Shown here: piece by piece, positions 21,870-23,556 of the stretch
Layout: each line of letters opens with the position of its first letter
Numbering within the stretch: the stretch's first letter is position 1
From: Octopus sinensis
Taxonomy: Eukaryota
Length of the DNA stretch: 23,556 nt
Direction: 5' to 3'
NCBI RefSeq assembly: GCF_006345805.1
Contig: NW_021823592.1
Coordinates: forward strand, 1-23,556
The notes under the pieces: model-generated
Database searches by the model: none
Told to the model about the DNA's origin: nothing
The model's input: only the letters and a program-made list of their open reading frames with translations
Program-made: the position numbers and the translations under genes

Positions 21870-22187
21870 AAAAAAAATGTTTGAAGATCGATGGAAGAAT
21901 GTAGCACGGATGTTGCGTGTGGATGGAACCTCATGAATGCGACACAGGATGTAACTCAGGTATCAGTGGCGAGGCGGGCCTCGTGGGGTCCGAATTAAAC
22001 CCCGGTCCCCCCCCCCCCCCTCCATCCGTAATGTCTTCCGGTCTGTCTTATCATTCGATTTTATTATATTTTCGTATTTTTGTAAAATTTTTAATGTCAT
22101 CTTTTTTGTATAATCATTCGCTCATCTGACCCCAGAATCAGATTGTATTCTCCCCTCTTTGTTGGCCCCTTGTGGGTAATAAAAAAT
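21870..22187 (+). mobile_element. 5'-truncated LINE 3' end (ORF C-terminus plus 3' UTR) sharing its tail with SINE family A
   Basis: Short ORF end KMFEDRWKNVARMLRVDGTS* (stop 21934-21936), a C-run and T-rich UTR, then tcccctctttgttggccccttgtgggtaataaa (22151-22183), nearly identical to the family A 3' terminus. Confidence 0.6.
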
Positions 22188-22456
22188 CAATATTCTGTCA
22201 GCTCTACGGTTTTTTCATAATGATCAGACGAATAATGGCGTATATGACGTTAGATGGGTAATGTATCGAATTATTATTGTAGTTCGTTGTTCTTCTACGC
22301 ACGAGGCATGAGGCATCAATGCACTTGGTACAGATTCCTTAAGGGATTTAAGGGAGTATTGAAGAAAGTAGTTGCCTGAGAATAGTATGCGTCAAACGAA
22401 AACCAGTTGTTTTGAATTCTGTTAAATGCCTTCATTTTGGAAAAATGTTTTCAATG

Positions 22457-22838
22457 TTTGTTGTTGCTGCTGTTGCTGTTGAGCGAAGCGGTCTTCATTC
22501 CTGTAGTGGGAGAAGTCCGAAACGTGGTCCTTTGCTATTCGTAAGACTCGCAGAAGAGAAAGCAGGTCAACCCCCGACACCGAGAGCATTGACGAATGGA
22601 TGAATGCGCATCCAGGCACAGTGGTTGCGTAGGAAGCCGGGGACAAGAAACAGGAAGAAAGAGTGAGAGAAAGTTGGGGCGAAAGAGTACAACAGGGGTC
22701 GCCAGCACCCCCTGCCCGGGCCTCGTGGAGCTTTAGGTGTTTTTGCTCAATAAACGCACACAACGCCCGGTCTGGGAATCGAAACCGCGATCCTCCGACC
22801 GCGAGTCCGCTGCCCTAACCATTGGGCCATTGTGCCTT
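22457..22838 (-). mobile_element. tRNA-derived SINE (family D) with a (CAA/CAG)n tail
   Basis: Minus strand ggcacaatggcccaatggttagggcagcggactcgcggtcggaggatcgcggtttcgattcccagaccg (A and B boxes), then gttgtgtgcgtttattgagcaaaaacacct core, ending in caacagcaacagcagcaacaacaa. Confidence 0.85.
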
Positions 22839-23400
22839 TACTTTGTTGCTGCTTATTAGTTTAACTGAAAAATTTTATATACTTCTTTGCTATACTTTGT
22901 TTCATATGAAAAATAAAATGGGTTTCAAAAATTTTTCAGATGTTTCTTTATTGGATTGACAGTATCGTTAGATATCCAAACAAAATGCCTTGTGGTTTTG
23001 CTTTAGAACTTTTGTTCCATATTCAAATTGCGTCGAAGTCATTTTAATCTTTCGTGTGCAGGATTTTTACGATATCAAAGATACATAGGCGACACACAAT
23101 GAATCGATTACATTCGACAAAATCGAGAGTAGTAATTGCTATGAAATAACATAAGTAAAGAACATCGGAGAAATTCGTAAAAAAAAGATCCTTTAAAGCC
23201 GATGAAATACATTGAGTAAAGAGTTTGCTTCATTTGAGAAATTTACAAACCATAGCACAATATCAGATACAGTTCAGTGTTGTTATGATCAGAATGAATA
23301 AGTTCACTCAACATATGCATAAGAGCAGATCTTGTCCTTATAGATACTCATTCAGATCCAGAAATTATCCTCTTCAGTCTTAAATCTACTTTTGATGGAG

Positions 23401-23426
23401 AATAATAATAATAATAATAGTAGTAT

Positions 23427-23463
<37 letters not shown>

Positions 23464-23509
23464 CAGCAGCAGCAGCAGCAGCAGAAGCAGCAGTTACAGC
23501 CGCATCAGT

Positions 23510-23544
<35 letters not shown>

Positions 23545-23556
23545 CAGTAGTAGTAG
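23401..23556 (+). repeat. Compound (AAT)n-(TAG)n-(CAG)n trinucleotide microsatellite
   Basis: Direct tandem arrays running to the window end. Confidence 0.95.

Noticed and set aside
23461-23556. (CAG)n as a polyglutamine exon
   Set aside because: It is interleaved with (TAG)n and (AAT)n and has no splice or ORF context, so it is a compound microsatellite.

Overview
Eukaryotic, AT-rich, repeat-saturated non-coding DNA. The tRNA-derived SINE families and the (TACA)n/(GATA)n/(TA)n load look like an Octopus (coleoid cephalopod) intron or intergenic region; the species is my inference. No intact host gene or intact transposon ORF is visible, and nearly all long ORFs in the track are translated microsatellites. 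Supported content: (1) two decayed IS630/Tc1/mariner DD37D (maT/Bmmar-like) transposons. One is near full length with TIRs (14627-16399) and is split by two SINEs, each with its own target-site duplication. (2) About 15 SINE copies or fragments from at least 4 families, including a dimer flanked by one TSD. (3) A non-autonomous Helitron-like element. (4) A LINE 3' end that shares its tail with the commonest SINE, and a probable RTE 3' end. (5) A Penelope-like GIY-YIG fragment. The most interesting unannotated signal is a set of minimal type-I hammerhead ribozyme motifs in Penelope-like termini. These include a well-formed one at 12756-12842 and a ~150-bp palindrome at 3660-3810 that encodes a hammerhead on each strand. 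All alignments and folds were done by eye.
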